Source: Entomortierella parvispora E1425 (taxonomy: Eukaryota; Fungi; Mortierellomycota). From it: a stretch of 64,000 nt of DNA. Below, piece after piece: positions 50,213 through 62,840 of this stretch. A program made the position numbers and the translations under genes. Numbering within the stretch: position 1 is the first letter of the stretch; the number at the start of each line of letters is the position of its first letter. The notes under the pieces were generated by a model. That model did no database searches, was not told the DNA's origin, and saw nothing but the letters and a program-made list of their open reading frames with translations. Where the stretch lies: assembly GCA_020891255.1 (NCBI GenBank), contig BQFW01000007.1, positions 1,922,001-1,986,000 of the forward strand, in the 5' to 3' direction.

Positions 50213-50638
50213 GGAGGACATCTCTTTGGCCAACCCTATCGTTTGTAACAACAAATAAACCCTCCCCGGGACCATGTATATATCTATGTTTTATCTTATC
50301 ACGAGCAAAGAAGGACAAAGGACTGCTACATAGAGTTCCGTAGAAAAGAAACTTGAAGCTGTGTGACAAGAGCGTGGGACAAGTCTGAAAGGGTGTCCCA
50401 CGCTTCAGAGCAACCTTCCTTCTCATCAACTCACTCCAATGCGATCGCAGGGGCGGTCCGCTCGGCGCGTGCTCTGAGTGGGGAAATCCTCGGCAGGGAG
50501 TTGTGCCGGGGTGGAGGCTGACAAGACGAGTCGCCTCTCTTTCAGTCTTCTCTCCTCCATTGTTCTCTCTTTATCTCTTGCTTCGCTGTTCTCTTCTTGC
50601 ACACTCTCTGTCCATCCTACTCTTACAATTGAAAAATC

Positions 50639-52639
50639 ATGGCTCCCGGTCAAAAAATCCAAGGTGCGGGTCGAAAGCAATAGTTGCGTCTCTACTTTGA
50701 GTGGTGGTGTCATTGCATGCAGGACTCTAACTGTCCATGGTTCCATTGGGTGTCTTCATTTACCCCCTCAATAGGTGGCACTGTCGTCGAGATGCAGGCA
50801 AGGACCTTTCTGATGAATGGGTCCAACCCACTCAAACATCAATGACCTAACCAACTCTGGCCATTGTTCTTTCTATTTTTTTTTTTTTTTTTTTTTTTAC
50901 TTTCTCAGGGGGACGAAATGACGCGCATCATTTGGGACGGCATCAGAGAGAAGGTAATGACCATATTCACTTTCCTAACTTCAAACAACCATACTGAAGA
51001 AGGACAAGGTACAAGACAAAGTAGGACAGGGATTGGATCACTCACCGTGCCCGCACTTTTTCGCACTTTTGTTTGATCTTTTCGGTCATAGCTCATCTTG
51101 CCCTATGTGGATCTCGACATCAAGTTCTTTGATCTCGGCATGGAGTATCGCGACAAGACCAATGACCAAGGTAACGGTTCAGAAAAAGGAAGACTGTGTG
51201 TATCGTCGTTGACATCCTCAATTGGACGTCCGGGAAAAGACCTTCCGTCGGTCGGTCAGTCGGTCGGTCTGTCCACCCTTCCCCGATCGCGCGGTGCGCT
51301 CTCCACACAAAAACCCGATCACATTTGGGACCAAACCCTAACTCCGCCCTATTTGATTTCCATGCTTTCAGTCACCATCGACGCTGCAGAGGCCATCAAG
51401 AAGTATAGAGTCGGCATCAAGTGTGCCACCATCACCCCAGATGAGGCCCGTGTCGAGGAGTTCAAGCTCAAGCAGATGTGGAAATCCCCCAATGTAATGA
51501 ATGGCCAACAGTAACGGCACTTTTTTCTTCCGCCCTACCGATCATTCGCCCTATTTTCTTACCTTTTTTTCCTTTTTCTTCTTCGAAATGTTCACGGTAG
51601 GGCACTATCCGCAACATTCTGGGAGGTACCGTCTTCAGGGAGCCTATCCTTTGCAAAAACATCCCCCGCCTTGTTCCAGGATGGACCGAGCCCATTATCC
51701 TGGGCCGCCACGCCTTTGGAGATCAATACAAGGCCACCGATCTGGTCGTAGAGGGTCCCGGTCGTCTCGAACTTGTGTTCACCCCAAAGGATGGCTCGGA
51801 AAAGAAGAGCTTTGTCGTCTATGACTTTGAAGGCCCTGGTGTGGCCATGGGCATGTACAACCATGACGAGGTAAAGCCGAGCTGATAGAAGGACACACAA
51901 CCTCTGACAAGAATGATGTTCAAGCTCCTAATCTTTTTCTTTCTTGCTGTTCTAGTCCATTACAGGCTTTGCTCATTCTTGCTTCAAGGTTGCCCTGGAC
52001 AAGAACTATCCTCTCTACATGTCGACCAAGAACACCATCTTGAAGCGATACGACGGACGGTTCAAGGATATCTTCCAGGAGATCTACGAGCGCGATTACA
52101 GATCTCAATTCGAGGCGAAAAAGATCTGGTACGAACATCGCTTGATCGACGACATGGTTGCCCAGATGCTCAAGTCTTCCGGCGGCTTTGTCTGGGCCTG
52201 CAAGAACTATGATGGAGATGTTCAATCGGATATCGTGGCTCAGGGGTATGGCTCCCTGGGTCTCATGACCTCTGTCCTCTTGACCCCCGATGGCCATTGC
52301 TGTGAGGCCGAGGCTGCTCACGGAACTGTCACCCGCCATTACCGTGAGCATCAAAAGGGCCGCGAAACCTCTACAAACCCCATCGCTTCCATCTTTGCCT
52401 GGACCCGAGGACTCGAGTTCCGGGCCAAGATTGATCAGAACGAACCCCTTCGGATTTTTGCTCATCAGCTCGAGCGCGTCTGCATCGAGACCATCGAGGC
52501 CGGGGACATGACCAAGGATTTGGCCCTCATCATCCATGGCAAGAACATGAAGCGTGAGCACTACCTCAATACCTTTGAGTTCTTGGATCGTTTGGCCGAG
52601 AACCTTCACCGCAAGCGAAACTTGAAGTCTGCTCTCTGA
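50639..52639 (+). CDS. NADP-dependent isocitrate dehydrogenase, cytosolic type (7 exons)
   Basis: MAPGQKIQG|GTVVEMQ|[26 protein letters not shown]|[42 protein letters not shown] and [13 protein letters not shown]. Micro-exons at 50639..50663 and 50775..50797. Confidence 0.97.
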
Positions 52640-52861
52640 AGACTGAAATAAAAGAAAAATGATATTTCATGCCGAAAAAAAGACAACCGGACTTTATTAT
52701 TGTTGGGATGGTACGGACGATAAAATGAAAATAACAGCGAGGAATAAACAAAGTGAAAGGCGAAAACAAGAAAGAGACATAGAAGAGAGAGAGAGAGAGT
52801 ACAGGACTTCTTGCGAATCCAGGGGTATGATTGATGGTACAATTGTGTACAGGTTCTAATA

Positions 52862-55800
52862 TTATAAGTGTAGTGCGGTGTTGTACATGATGGCGTCGTC
52901 AGCCCTCATCGTCATCTCAAATGTGTCCTCCAGGTAAAAATCCTCATCGAACGACGCAGGCATGTTGACTAAGGCCTTGAAACGGTAGGTAGGCGCTACT
53001 TCTAGCACGGGAGCGTCGATGAGTTCCTTGATTCCAGTAGGCATACTTCGAGGTTTGAAGTAGAACAGCTCCTTTTCTTTTCTCCGCTTTGCACTATGAG
53101 CTTCGCCTGTCGTATCCAAGGTTGCTGGTTCTGATGATATCTCCGCAGGAGTGGTAAAGTCGGATGAAAGTTTTGACCGCTTGCTTGGGCGTTCACTGAA
53201 GTCTTCCAATGCCGAAGGTTTTGAGGATGCAGGCTGGCGGACTCTTTTGTTAGCGGAGGCCTTGGGTTCCCCCTTCGTCTTCGGTGCTGCCAATGAACCC
53301 GATTGTATCGAGGGCGCTTCCACAGTGTCAGGTTCAAGCGACAACGAATTCGCGCGTGCACGTGTACGCGTACGGGGCCCTGTCAAAAGAGCTGCTTGAT
53401 CGAGAGTCGTAGCCCCTTCAGTTGACGTTGTCTTATTTGTCGCCATCCTGCGCGAGCCGGTATCCTGGTCATGGGAGGCGGCAGCTCGAGACCCAGATCG
53501 TCTTTGAGAGAACGATGTCGACTCAGAGTCTACATCAGCTAGTTGCTCCAGTCGATCCTTTTGGAGTAAAGGCCTGCTCCTAGAACGTGATTCGGATCGA
53601 GATCCCTCCCGCTGAAAGTTGGAGCCAGAAACAAATTTTCCTTTGCCGTTTTTTTGTCTAGAAGAGTGAGTCCGCGTGGTCCCACTTGCTTCTGCATGAG
53701 CAGCTGCTTCCGCCCTGGCGAGCGCTTCGGCTGCTCTTTTCTCTCTTCTCACTCTGTTCCTGCGCTCAGCCTTTTCTGCAGAGGTGAGATTCGCGTTAAC
53801 AGGACCAGACTGCTCCAACGCAGACAACCCATCAAGGCTAACAGGGAGAGGGACTATGGCCTCAGGGAGGATCGAGAACATCTCTGATTTTTTGCTTCTT
53901 GAAAGGGCGGCCAAGGAGATACTTTGAAAACATGCTTCAAAATAGGCTTGACGCTGGCGAAGTTGTTGGATCCGTGTTTTGTCCCATTCGGAGTGGTGCA
54001 GTATGGCGGTTATCACATCGGTCAGCGGTTGCTGCCCAGAGAAGTCCAAATGTTGCCACTTCAGTTCAGATGGAAACTCAAATTGCTCCACAAAGGCTAT
54101 GGCTCGTTGGACACCGATGTTGTTGCATAGATCCTTGCCTTGATCGAGGAAGTCGCGATAAACGCCCATCCCTTGAACAAAGAGGTGCAGATGTTCAAGA
54201 CGATGAATTCCGTAGTCTCCTGTCTCAAGGTATCTAACAACGACCACATTTGGATCCGGCTGGCCGTCGCCGTCCAAGTCGATCTGGGGCATTGAAGGGT
54301 CCATCTGACGCCTTGGAACAGATATTGCAACTGGCCAGGGTTTCTCTGTTTCATCACTACTATCCATGGGTTCTACAAAGACGACATAGGGAGCGAGCTG
54401 GAAAGGATGCTGCATCTCATCGGCGGCTTGTGACGCTCGCTGGTCGCCATAGTGATGGATCAGCGGAAATTGGGAGAGCGATCCGTTCAGGTCTGGAATC
54501 ACCAGCCCTTTACCATCCGGTGTAAGCTGAACAGGTGACACTGAGACCACGCGTTGACCGGAAGACCTTTGCATCGCTTGGTCTATATAAACAGAAGATT
54601 TCTCCATTGCACTCTCCACATGGACAGTCGGATCAAATGAGAGTCCATGAGAAGCTTGCCACAGATGCGATAACGTGTACCTCGCAATACGCTCATCAGT
54701 CATTTCGCTATCAATAGCTGACAGTGTCGATGATGTAAGGGTGATTCCTTCTGCATCTGTGTTGAGCAAAGCATCCCGTCGATCTAGTTCTGCAGCAACA
54801 AGCCTGTGGTCCCTTGACGGCCAAGGGATGCAGTAGATCATAAAATGTCGGTGGCATCTTCGACAGTCGCTCGTGGGGCTTCTCTGATGGGGGGGAATCA
54901 AATCTGAGCATGTGGGGCATTCACTGACACTGCCCGTCGCACCATTTTGATCCCCGTTGCTGCTCTCGGCGGCTGTTGGCTCGACAGTCGAGGGTGGGGT
55001 TGCTAGGAGCTGACTGGAGGGCGTCGATTTCTCAGGGGATTCCGTGGAAGGCTGCTCCGTAGATCCATCCGAACTGGAGTTTTCTCCCAGTTGCGAGACG
55101 CCATTGTCCTGAGTCGTGCTTGGTGAGGTAGATGTAGACTCCAATTGATCGTTGCATAGGAAGTTGATAGACATGAGGTGATATGAAGATCGATCCTTTT
55201 CCAAATGGTCCAGATCTACATTCTTAGCCGCAGGATCTCTATTGACTCCTTCGATGTGAAGATCCTCAAGCGCAGTAGAAAGGTCTTCTTGCTGTTTCTC
55301 CAGCTCACTGTCAACTGTCTTGGGCGACGGGGTCGGTGCTGGCGAGCTAGGGGTGTGAACTTCAAATGCAGAACGGGTCGAGGTCGACCTGGCGATGGGC
55401 GAGGGCGATGTCGACATTGATGGCGAGGGACTTGCTACTGGAGACACTAGAGGAGACCGTGGGGTGGACATTGTCATCGATGAAGTAGTTGAGTTCGGCT
55501 GCAAGAGCTGTGCGGAGCTCGACAAACATGAAGATGAGCTGGAGCCAGGGGGGCCAGAATTTGATTCGGACACTGGCGGTGATGATGACGAGGATAACAG
55601 CGAGGTATCTCGCTCTTCATTTAGCAAGCTAGATCGAGATATCCTTGTCTTTCCGGACTGTGATGACGGCGTCTCAGGAGTTGATGATCTTCCTTTTCGG
55701 ATGGACTTCTTATTCAGATGCGGGAAATAATTGACTAGGCAGAAGATTGAAATTATAGTATGTTAGGCCATAATATCAAAACGCAGAAGACTTGGATGCA

Positions 55801-56943
55801 ACAGGCAAATAGAAGCAAAACTTACCCACTTTGGTCAAACGTTTCCGCAAGTTTTGACTTGGTGAGCGCTCATCGTTGGTGGACTCCTCCTCTGAAGCAA
55901 TGCTATCTGTCGCTATGTTGTCCTGACTCTTGTTGAATGCGCCTTTTTCGAGTCTATGAGAATGCAACGAGGGGGGGGGGGGGTTAATGGGAATGGCCAT
56001 GCCTATTAAAAATGCTTAACAGGAGTAAAGTTTACCTCTCACAGGTCGCACATAGACAGTCGCAGTTATTCTCGCCAAAGTAGTTGTCGTCATAGTACAC
56101 TGTCAGTTCCTCATTTGGGACGATGTTCTTGGTTGCCTTCAAGTATACTGTATGTGCGCCTCGGGAGACAAAGGCACAGTTTGGGTCGCAGTCGTGCTAA
56201 AATTGAATACACTGTAAATAAAACGCATGCTACAAAAGAAAACGCAGATAGGGTAGAGAGGGGTAGAGTTCTTACATTAACAAAGCGAGCAGGTCCGAGA
56301 AAGATGTTTGTGCCTCGCCGACTGGTCTTGATGACACTGAAGTCTCGCGTGAGGTTCTGGTCCTCTTCCGGTGTCAAGATCGAAATTGAGCCGGAGCATG
56401 CCTCAATCTCGTGGCCTGAAGAAATGTCACGTCGTGCGATCACACACGCCTCGGATTTTTTGGTGACAGCGGTGTATCGATCCGTTTGAGAAATCTCATA
56501 TCCAGCGCTTGGAAGGTACATGCCTAGGTATCTTCGGGCATGGCTACACGAAGAAAAGTCATTAGTATGAAGCACTATTGGGCCGTTAGAGCGGGAAAGA
56601 GGGTACTGCATACCTTTTAAATGCCTTCAGCACATAGGGGCCGGTGAATCGGGCCTTGATTACATCGAGTCTAAGCAGCAGATGCATAGCGCATTAAATA
56701 ACTGTTTGCATCTTTTTGGCACCTTCAAAGTTATAGTACTTACTCTAACAATCGCTGCAGGGCGTCTCCAGGGCGGCGATTGACGACGACATCGCGCTGA
56801 ATAATGTCCATCACCACTTGTTCAGGGACATCAACTGGGGTATATTTTTCGTCCATCTTGTGGGTGATGAACCATAGATGTAGCTTGTCCACCAGCAGGT
56901 CTGACAACACGTCGTCGACCGAGGATAGGGTCGCCAAGTCCAT
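52862..56943 (-). CDS. SET9: Set9/KMT5-type histone H4K20 methyltransferase with long C-terminal extension (6 exons)
   Basis: LSSVDDVLSDLLVDKLHLWFITHKM, HARRYLGMYLPSAGYEISQTDRY, RDFSVIKTSRR...IFLGPARFVN|HDCDPNCAF and ELTVYYDDNYFGENNCDCLCATCE are Suv4-20/Set9 signatures. Confidence 0.9.
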
Positions 56944-58398
56944 GCTGACGCTGATCGGAGGTTACTGAGCAATCTTCAGGCTTTCTAGGTGCGTACCGGA
57001 ACGTTCAATCGGTGAGGCGTTGAGTTGACAGAGAGGTGAGGGCAGAAAAGTAAAACGTAAAGCGAAGAGCGTAGAATGACAAAATGACAAATGGATTAGA
57101 GTCCTCTTCCTCGGCCATACATCAACATGGCAATAGGCGAGTTTCGAGAGGGTAGTGGGGTGGGGGCAGAAACGCGTAAAAACATGCCGGAGAGTCGAAT
57201 AAATGCAGGCAGATAGGCAGACAGAGACCCTTTCCAAACTGGCATGTCCATGGGGATCGTATTACCTTGAATCTTTGAAGGAAGATCGTGTGATGGATGA
57301 GTACTGCAGCTGAGATTTAAAGAGGAAAACGCGTTGGGTAAGAGAGGAGAAGTCAGACAGATGGAGCTGAGAGAGGTGGGAGGAAGGATGGGATGTAGAG
57401 AGGGAGAAGGAAAGAGGATAACAATGACCAGGATGGTTGATGTATGAAAAGAGAGAGAGCCATTGTGTGCATGTGGGAGGCAAAACTCGATTTTTTGTGA
57501 CTGCACTTTTTTTATATTTTATTGTTCGTTCTTGACCACCTTGAGACCAGTTGGACCTCACCACACCACCATTTTTTTTTTTGTTACGCTTGGATTGTAA
57601 AAGAGGGGAGGCATGCCGAGGTAGGCCAATAATCCGCATTGAGTTTCAGCGCCGCCTGCAAGCAGACGACACCTACAGCGTATTGGACTTACAGAAGCTG
57701 TGTGCTGGAGACCGATTTCAATCTTTTTGGGAGAAAGAGATTTACTGGTAGCCATTCCCGCCCGCCATTGCTAACGAACGTCCCCACTTGGGAGAAAGCG
57801 CACCTACGCGGACTTTACCCGCTTGCAGAATGGTTCTAAACACCGGATCACCTTTGGGAGGAAGATGTCCAGTCGCTAGTTTCCAAGCAAACGCTATTCA
57901 GCCCTCCGCGGCAGCCTGGAGAGGAAAACAGGCGCACGAGACGAGTCTCGGCCAATTTATATGAGACTGTTGTCTCGTGGACAGTCCCTGTGGGCGCTCC
58001 TTGTTGTCGTCGGGGTGGTTCTGTGGGCCAATTGCTGAACTGGATTGAGCAATTGGACGGACCCTTGGAGGCTCGTTTGAGAGGCTTGATTTCAATCCAG
58101 GCAGCTCGCTGGGCACGCGCAGAGGGGCACAGTCAGCCAAGGAAGGGTCCATGAAACACAAGCAATGCATGCAGCAGACCCAAGGTCATTGCATTTCACG
58201 CACACAGCCATACATACATTCAGCTTCTCTTGTTCCCCCCTCCCCTTTTATCCCCCGCACAGCTTCCATTTCTCTCACACCTCTCCTTACCTCGCTCGGA
58301 CACGTACGCACTCACGCGCACTCACACGCCGCAAACAAGACAGAACATAGGGTGGAATACCTCGCCTCCTTGTTTGAAGCGCATGTCTTGTCTCTCCA

Positions 58399-61300
58399 AT
58401 GCAACGACACCAACAACCACACTTCATGGACGAGACTTTAGACGAGGCGACATCACGCGGCACGCATGCTGCAGACTCGCAAGGACATTCCCCTACGGCA
58501 GCACCAGTCTCCGCCCCAGCTGCCTCGAGCTCAACCACGCCCCCCACCTCAAACTTTCATCACCACACCGGCTCCCTCGGAAGGTCCGCCCTGGGACTAT
58601 CACAATCACATATCCCCACGACGACAGCTCGCAATACCCCCCCACCCTTGATGCCTCTTTTCACGCCTGTCCTACAGGACTTTGAGAATCGATATCCAGG
58701 CTCAAGTATCCTCCATCAGCTTCCAGAGAGCCATCAAATCGGACTTGATGACGATGACGACAGACAGGGAGAACTCACAGATAGTGACGACGCCAGAGCC
58801 CCACCCGACTTTCTGGAGCATGACCCACAATACCAGGATGAGGAAGACGAGGACGAGGATGAACATGAAGATGACGATCGAAGGAATCTGTTGTTTTCAG
58901 GCGTCGGGGCATCCAGCAGCGGTAGCGGTGGCAATCGGACATTCTTTTCGAGTCCGAGGCAAGGCGCCTCTGGCCCGTTCGCTCTCGATCCATTTGGAGC
59001 TGAAGGGGCAGGCAATATCCGTGGCGGAGGGGCAGGAGTTGGTACCTCAAGAGTTAGACCCCACTTGGATGTTGGCACAGACCATGAGGCACCTGCGTCA
59101 TTGATGATCGAGATGAACCACCAAGAGCAGGACGAAGACGACTCTACAGGATACTGGAACTTTGGTGACAGAGCCCGCCGCCGGTTCCAGTACAAGAGGC
59201 CAGGAATGAATGCAGCGGAATTAGCCATGTGGAAATGGGTCAATGTTGAGAATCTGGACATCTTCTTGGCCAAGGTCAGGCGCAGTCGAAGGATGAGTTA
59301 CAGCAAGTCGGTGGCTTTTTTTTGACAATAGACACAGCCCAAGCTCACTCTTCATTTGTATTCTTGCTGTGTTGCCACGTTAGGTCTACGACTATTATAT
59401 CGGGAAGGGCATGCAAACCATCCTGCTGGAAAGATGTCTGAATCTCTTGTACATCAAAAATCACCGCTGAGTCCAGGGTACCCTGAAACGAGCTCACAAG
59501 TACTGATGCACGCCTATTGCTATGATATCTTAGGACATTCGCCTTTGTCATTGGATTCTCAACATTCTTGATTGGCTGCGTGGACTATCCTCGGCTTCGT
59601 CACTCCAAACACATGAACGAAGTGCTCGTGCCGCAATGCCTTCACCAGTAAGACGTTGATTCGTGTGCAGTCACGCGGACCGAACGCGTTCTCGTGAAGA
59701 GGCTCTCGCTTAACTCCTCCTTTTATATCTCTTTAAGACTCTCCACAGGTACCCTCTTACTGCTCCTTCTGTTTGCCGCGTTCTGGGTTGGTCAGTTGAC
59801 GCGTCTGATTTATGAGATCCCGGAGATGTCGGATATGTGCAACTTTTACACGCACCTGCTGCAGATCCCTGATGTAAGATGATTTTTTTTCTTTTTTTTT
59901 CTTGGTAAATGGGAGTGACGAGAGCCTGCGCTGATACACACTTTTTTTCTTTCCTTTTCTTTTCTTCATCCTAGGAAGACATCCAGACAGTTTCCTGGCA
60001 CGAAGTCGTGGCGAGGATAATCAAAGTTCGGGACAACAATCCAAACACAACCACCACTGCTGCTATTCAGACTACAGACACCCAGCGACTCAATGCACAC
60101 GACATTACCAACAGGATCATGCGGAAGGAAAACTTTATGATTGCCATGTTTAACAAAGAACTTCTAGATCTGACTATCCCGCTTCCCATGGTGCGAAACC
60201 GATCCATATTGACTCGAATTCTGGAATGGAGTCTGGGATTCTGTATCCTAGGATATGTATTTGACGAGAGAGGTCAAGTCCGCAAAAGGTTTTTGAAGGA
60301 TAATCGGCGTGCAGAGCTCGTAGAAGGGTAAGCAGGATAGTTTCAGCCCAATTGTCTTTATTAACGTGCGAATGGCTTCGTAGTTAACCAAGCCCATTTG
60401 AATGAAATAGGTTGCGACGGCGCTTTCAGTTCATGGGACTCGCCACGCTGTTGTTTTCTCCCTTCATCTCTATCTACCTGGTTTTGTACTTTTTCTTCCG
60501 GTATTTCGAGGCAAGTGAAATGTGTTGCCACTGACAGTCGGACGCTGTTATTCATATACGGTATACGGAGCCTATGTACTTACAGCCTTTCTACACTATT
60601 CAACAGGAGTACCACAAAAACCCAAGTTCAATTGGCACTCGACAATACACACCAGTGGCAAAATGGAAGTTCAAGGAGTTCAATGAGCTGCCTCACTTGT
60701 TTGAAACAAGGATCAATGCAAGCTATCCTCTGGCCATGAAGTACATCAACCAGTTCCCCAAAGAGAAGACAATTCTTGTTTGCAGGTGCGTACATAATGA
60801 TTGTATATGATGTCGTAGGGTTCATTCTTTCATCGTAGTCGTACTGGTCTGGGAAGGTACTCTCCTAACTGATATAGTCTACTCTAATAGATTCGTAGCT
60901 TTTATTTCTGGATCCTTTGCGGCTGTGTTGGCCTTGATGACTCTTTTCGATCAGGAGCTGCTGCTAGGACTGGAGATCACTCCAGAAAAAACAGTTTTCT
61001 TTTACCTCGGTGTCTTTGGAACGATCATGGCGGTCAGTCGAAGCATGATTCCAGATCTGACAGAAAGCTTTGACCCTGAGCTTTTACTTCGAGGTGTGGT
61101 TGAATACACACATTACATGCCAAATGAATGGCGGGATAAGCTTCACACGGATGAGGTATGCAGAAGAGTGAAGGACAGAAAAAAAAGCACTCCCTATTCT
61201 GATTGCCACCATATTTTATTTTATTTTCTCAATGTTATCCACCCGGGGAATTAGGTCCGCAAGCAGTTTGCCCTGTTGTTCGAGTACAATGTGGTGTTGT

Positions 61301-62488
61301 TCTTGCTAGAGTTTATGAGTCTGGTCCTGACTCCGTTGATCCTCTGCCTGAGTCTTGCAAATTCAAGTGAGAAAATCATTGATTTCTTCCGGGAATTTAC
61401 CGTCCATGTAGATGGCGTGGGCTATGTTTGCAGTTTTGCCGTGTTTGACTTCAAGCGTCACGGAAACGTCAAGGTAAGAGACCTAACCCTCCCCCTGCCT
61501 CCCTTGACACCTGTGTTTGTCGGACGCGATTTAAGATGCTGATGGTTTTTGTTTCGGCTATGGTCACGATATGTTAGTATGGCGCCCCTGCCGCTACAGA
61601 CATGGATGAACGATTTATGTCAAACGAAGGCAAGATGGAAAAGTCATTTATTAACTTCAAGGTATGTTTCGTGAGAGGTGTATAATGGGTGAACCAACAG
61701 TAGACGAATTGGTGTAGCTAAATCATCCACCTCTCTTTTCTCAGCAAAATAACCCAGATTGGGAACCAAACGATCCCGCCAGTTCTATGTATCTCTCCAA
61801 GATCATGGAGGTTGATGGTAGCAATGCTCTTGGACTGGGGCGTTCTTATTATGGTGGAGCAGATCCAAATCAGCCACCATTGCCCTGGGGTCAGAGCTCA
61901 GCGTACATGCGACCACGAGGTGCTGGAGGACTGGGTAATAGTCAGTATTACAATTACCAGGATCGGAGTCTTTTACATGGAAAGAGCAAGCTGGGTCGGG
62001 ATGTCTTCAACCGACGAGTGCTGAATCACCAAGATAGCGAGGAAGAAGGTGAACAGGACATAGGACGGTACCGGAATGGAGGACAAGTCAAGTTTCAACA
62101 GACAGCATCCCCCAAATCTTCCAACCCACGATCTGCTGCTGGTGGAGGCAGTCGAGACCATTGGCGGCATGGTCGTCACAGCACAGAGTCCGAGTCGAGC
62201 GAATACGACCAAGAGGAGGAGGACACTCACGGCAACCCCCGATCTCATTCCCAAATACCGTTCAAGAGCAGTCTTGGGGATTCATTTGTTTCCGAGATTG
62301 GACAGTCTTCTGGCAATCGTTCAGGGTCGGGCGGAAGGCGAGGAGGAGCTGGGTCTGGAAACGCAGGAGGATCAAAGGCTAGTGGTGATGACATGGCGGA
62401 TTCGTTCGAGAATGAACGGGACTCTCAAAAGAAGGGCGTCTTTGGTCTCTTGAATCAGATCTACGAGATGAACAATGTCACCAAGTAA
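58399..62488 (+). CDS. ATG9: Autophagy protein Atg9 (lipid scramblase), about 10 exons; start may be ATG 58399 or 58426
   Basis: [18 protein letters not shown]|[35 protein letters not shown]|[59 protein letters not shown] and [11 protein letters not shown]. Confidence 0.96.
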
Positions 62489-62840
62489 AACCAACACCCC
62501 TCCTTTTCTCAATACGTAAAAAAAAAAGCCCCCCCCCCCCTCGCTCAAACAGCTCAAACGTGCATGTCCCACCAGCTCTTTTTTCAATTGTTATCAGATC
62601 AAATCGTCTGTGCGTCTTCTTGCGCGTTCCTTGACCCCCACACGATCATCCAGAAAGCTAAAACAAATGCAACCATGTCGCACAGGTGTACAAAAAAAAC
62701 AAACACAAAGCTTCCTGGGGGCTGTTTTTGTTTTTTGTTTGTCTATGGTACAATATATTGGACAGGAAAAAGAAGCGATTACTCTAAACGCTATGAAACT
62801 ATCCTGTGTCTCTGTGTCTGTGTGGTGTTTTTTCACTGAT

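Noticed and set aside
51920-52609. 229-aa antisense ORF over IDH; likewise 20581..21183 over the chitinase
   Set aside because: Typical antisense open frames of highly biased genes.
52637-52651. Stop-codon readthrough to a cryptic PTS1 in IDH
   Set aside because: Context is TGA AGA, not TGA CTA, and the extension (x-R-L-K*) is not a PTS1.
21304-62488. Autophagy cluster (Tag1-like pair plus ATG9)
   Set aside because: About 30 kb and ten unrelated genes separate them; no evidence of linkage.
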